A stretch of DNA of 64,000 bases from Tubiluchus corallicola (taxonomy: Eukaryota > Animalia > Priapulida): the NCBI GenBank assembly GCA_030141605.1, contig JAQGDQ010000866.1, forward strand, positions 22,700 through 86,699, in the 5' to 3' direction. Of this stretch, positions 63,501 through 64,000 are shown in pieces. The position numbers and the translations under genes are program-made. Under the pieces are notes generated by a model. It made no database searches and was not told the DNA's origin. It saw only the letters and a program-made list of their open reading frames with translations. Each line of letters starts with the position of its first letter. Within the stretch, counting starts at the first letter, position 1.

Positions 63501-63934
63501 AACAACGACAATTCAAAGCTTATCGTCCCAGTTTATTGCAGCAATTTGATCAGGAAATTTCGTCCGAAAGTTTTATTTTTTACCTTTTTTCATTTGAAAG
63601 GTGCCATGAGAAAATTACTGAATGAACTCATGTCATGTACGTAAAGCATTGCATTCCCTGATGTCTAAGTATTGGCCAAGCGTGCCGTCCAACCTGGGCC
63701 AGGTTCATACAAGCAATCTCGAGAAGTGAAAGGCGCATTGGATCATTTGCACACAAGAGGTGCTGTTATGCTGTCAAGTTGAATCTGTTATATAGATAAG
63801 AAATGAAGGTGTCAATCGATAGTCAAAATAGAGTACAAAATTTTCACACTTACTTTGCGTTGAAGTTTCAGTTTGTCTTTGTAAGCTTCAGCTTCTAGTT
63901 CATTCTTCTTAGAAAGTTCTCTGTGAAACTCAAC
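57528..63934 (-). CDS. ACIN1: Acinus (apoptotic chromatin condensation inducer; ASAP/EJC-associated splicing factor), 3' exons; 5' part beyond window
   Basis: Phase-consistent - strand exons 63934-63854, 62466-62297 (IREWDLDK), 61677-61562 (RS/RE-rich), 60599-60499 ([30 protein letters not shown], the Acinus RSB motif), 59286-59173 ([20 protein letters not shown]), plus a putative last exon 57596-57528 ([22 protein letters not shown], less certain). Confidence 0.88.
57605..59135. repeat. 26-bp minisatellite, about 59 copies
   Basis: Unit ATTCTACTCTCCATTACTTAATCATT; fills almost the whole inferred ACIN1 intron 57597-59172. Confidence 0.96.
59581..60527 (-). repeat. 71-bp array (13 copies plus the real junction) spanning the ACIN1 RSB-exon donor
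   Basis: - strand unit TTTACTGGTTACCACTGACTGAAGAACAG|GTGAGTGGATAGCATGGTCAGCTTCATTGGTCAGCTTGGTTG; the first 29 nt are exon sequence (YWLPLTEEQ). Confidence 0.95.
60627..61107. repeat. 49/51-bp minisatellite, about 9.5 copies
   Basis: Unit AATGTGAGCTAGTCA(GAC/AGAG)AGTTTATTGAGTGACTGGCAGTGAGTTACTG; ends about 27 bp from the RSB exon acceptor. Confidence 0.95.
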
Positions 63935-64000
63935 CTGACATGAAAAAAATGCAAATAGTCCATAAGTCGGCAATTAAGTTTTTCTAGTTATTCACATGTT

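Overview
This is AT-rich, intron-rich animal (probably invertebrate) genomic DNA, not prokaryotic. It holds three spliced genes. (1) A kinesin-2 KIF17/OSM-3-like gene on + (14 exons, 637-16289); its start lies upstream of the window and its expected last exon is not visible. (2) PIGN/MCD4, GPI ethanolamine-phosphate transferase 1, on + (19 exons, 26409-53712), lacking its N-terminal exon(s). (3) The 3' part of ACIN1/Acinus on - (RSB motif; 63934 down to about 57528). Between KIF17 and PIGN is a near-full-length but decayed BEL/Pao LTR retrotransposon (- strand, 16467-22419, tRNA-Tyr PBS) with no target-site duplication; the KIF17 3' end and the PIGN 5' end are both missing at this junction. 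Right of the element many introns carry their own minisatellite. Five tandem arrays or duplications are built from the exon-intron junction itself (about 90 extra acceptors before one PIGN exon, 13 extra donors after the ACIN1 RSB exon, 5 after a late PIGN exon, two single duplications), and a sixth, dispersed copy has lost its GT. Many MITEs (piggyBac-, pogo-, hAT-, Kolobok-, Harbinger-like) and LINE fragments are present. Gene names come from recalled motifs; no searches were run.
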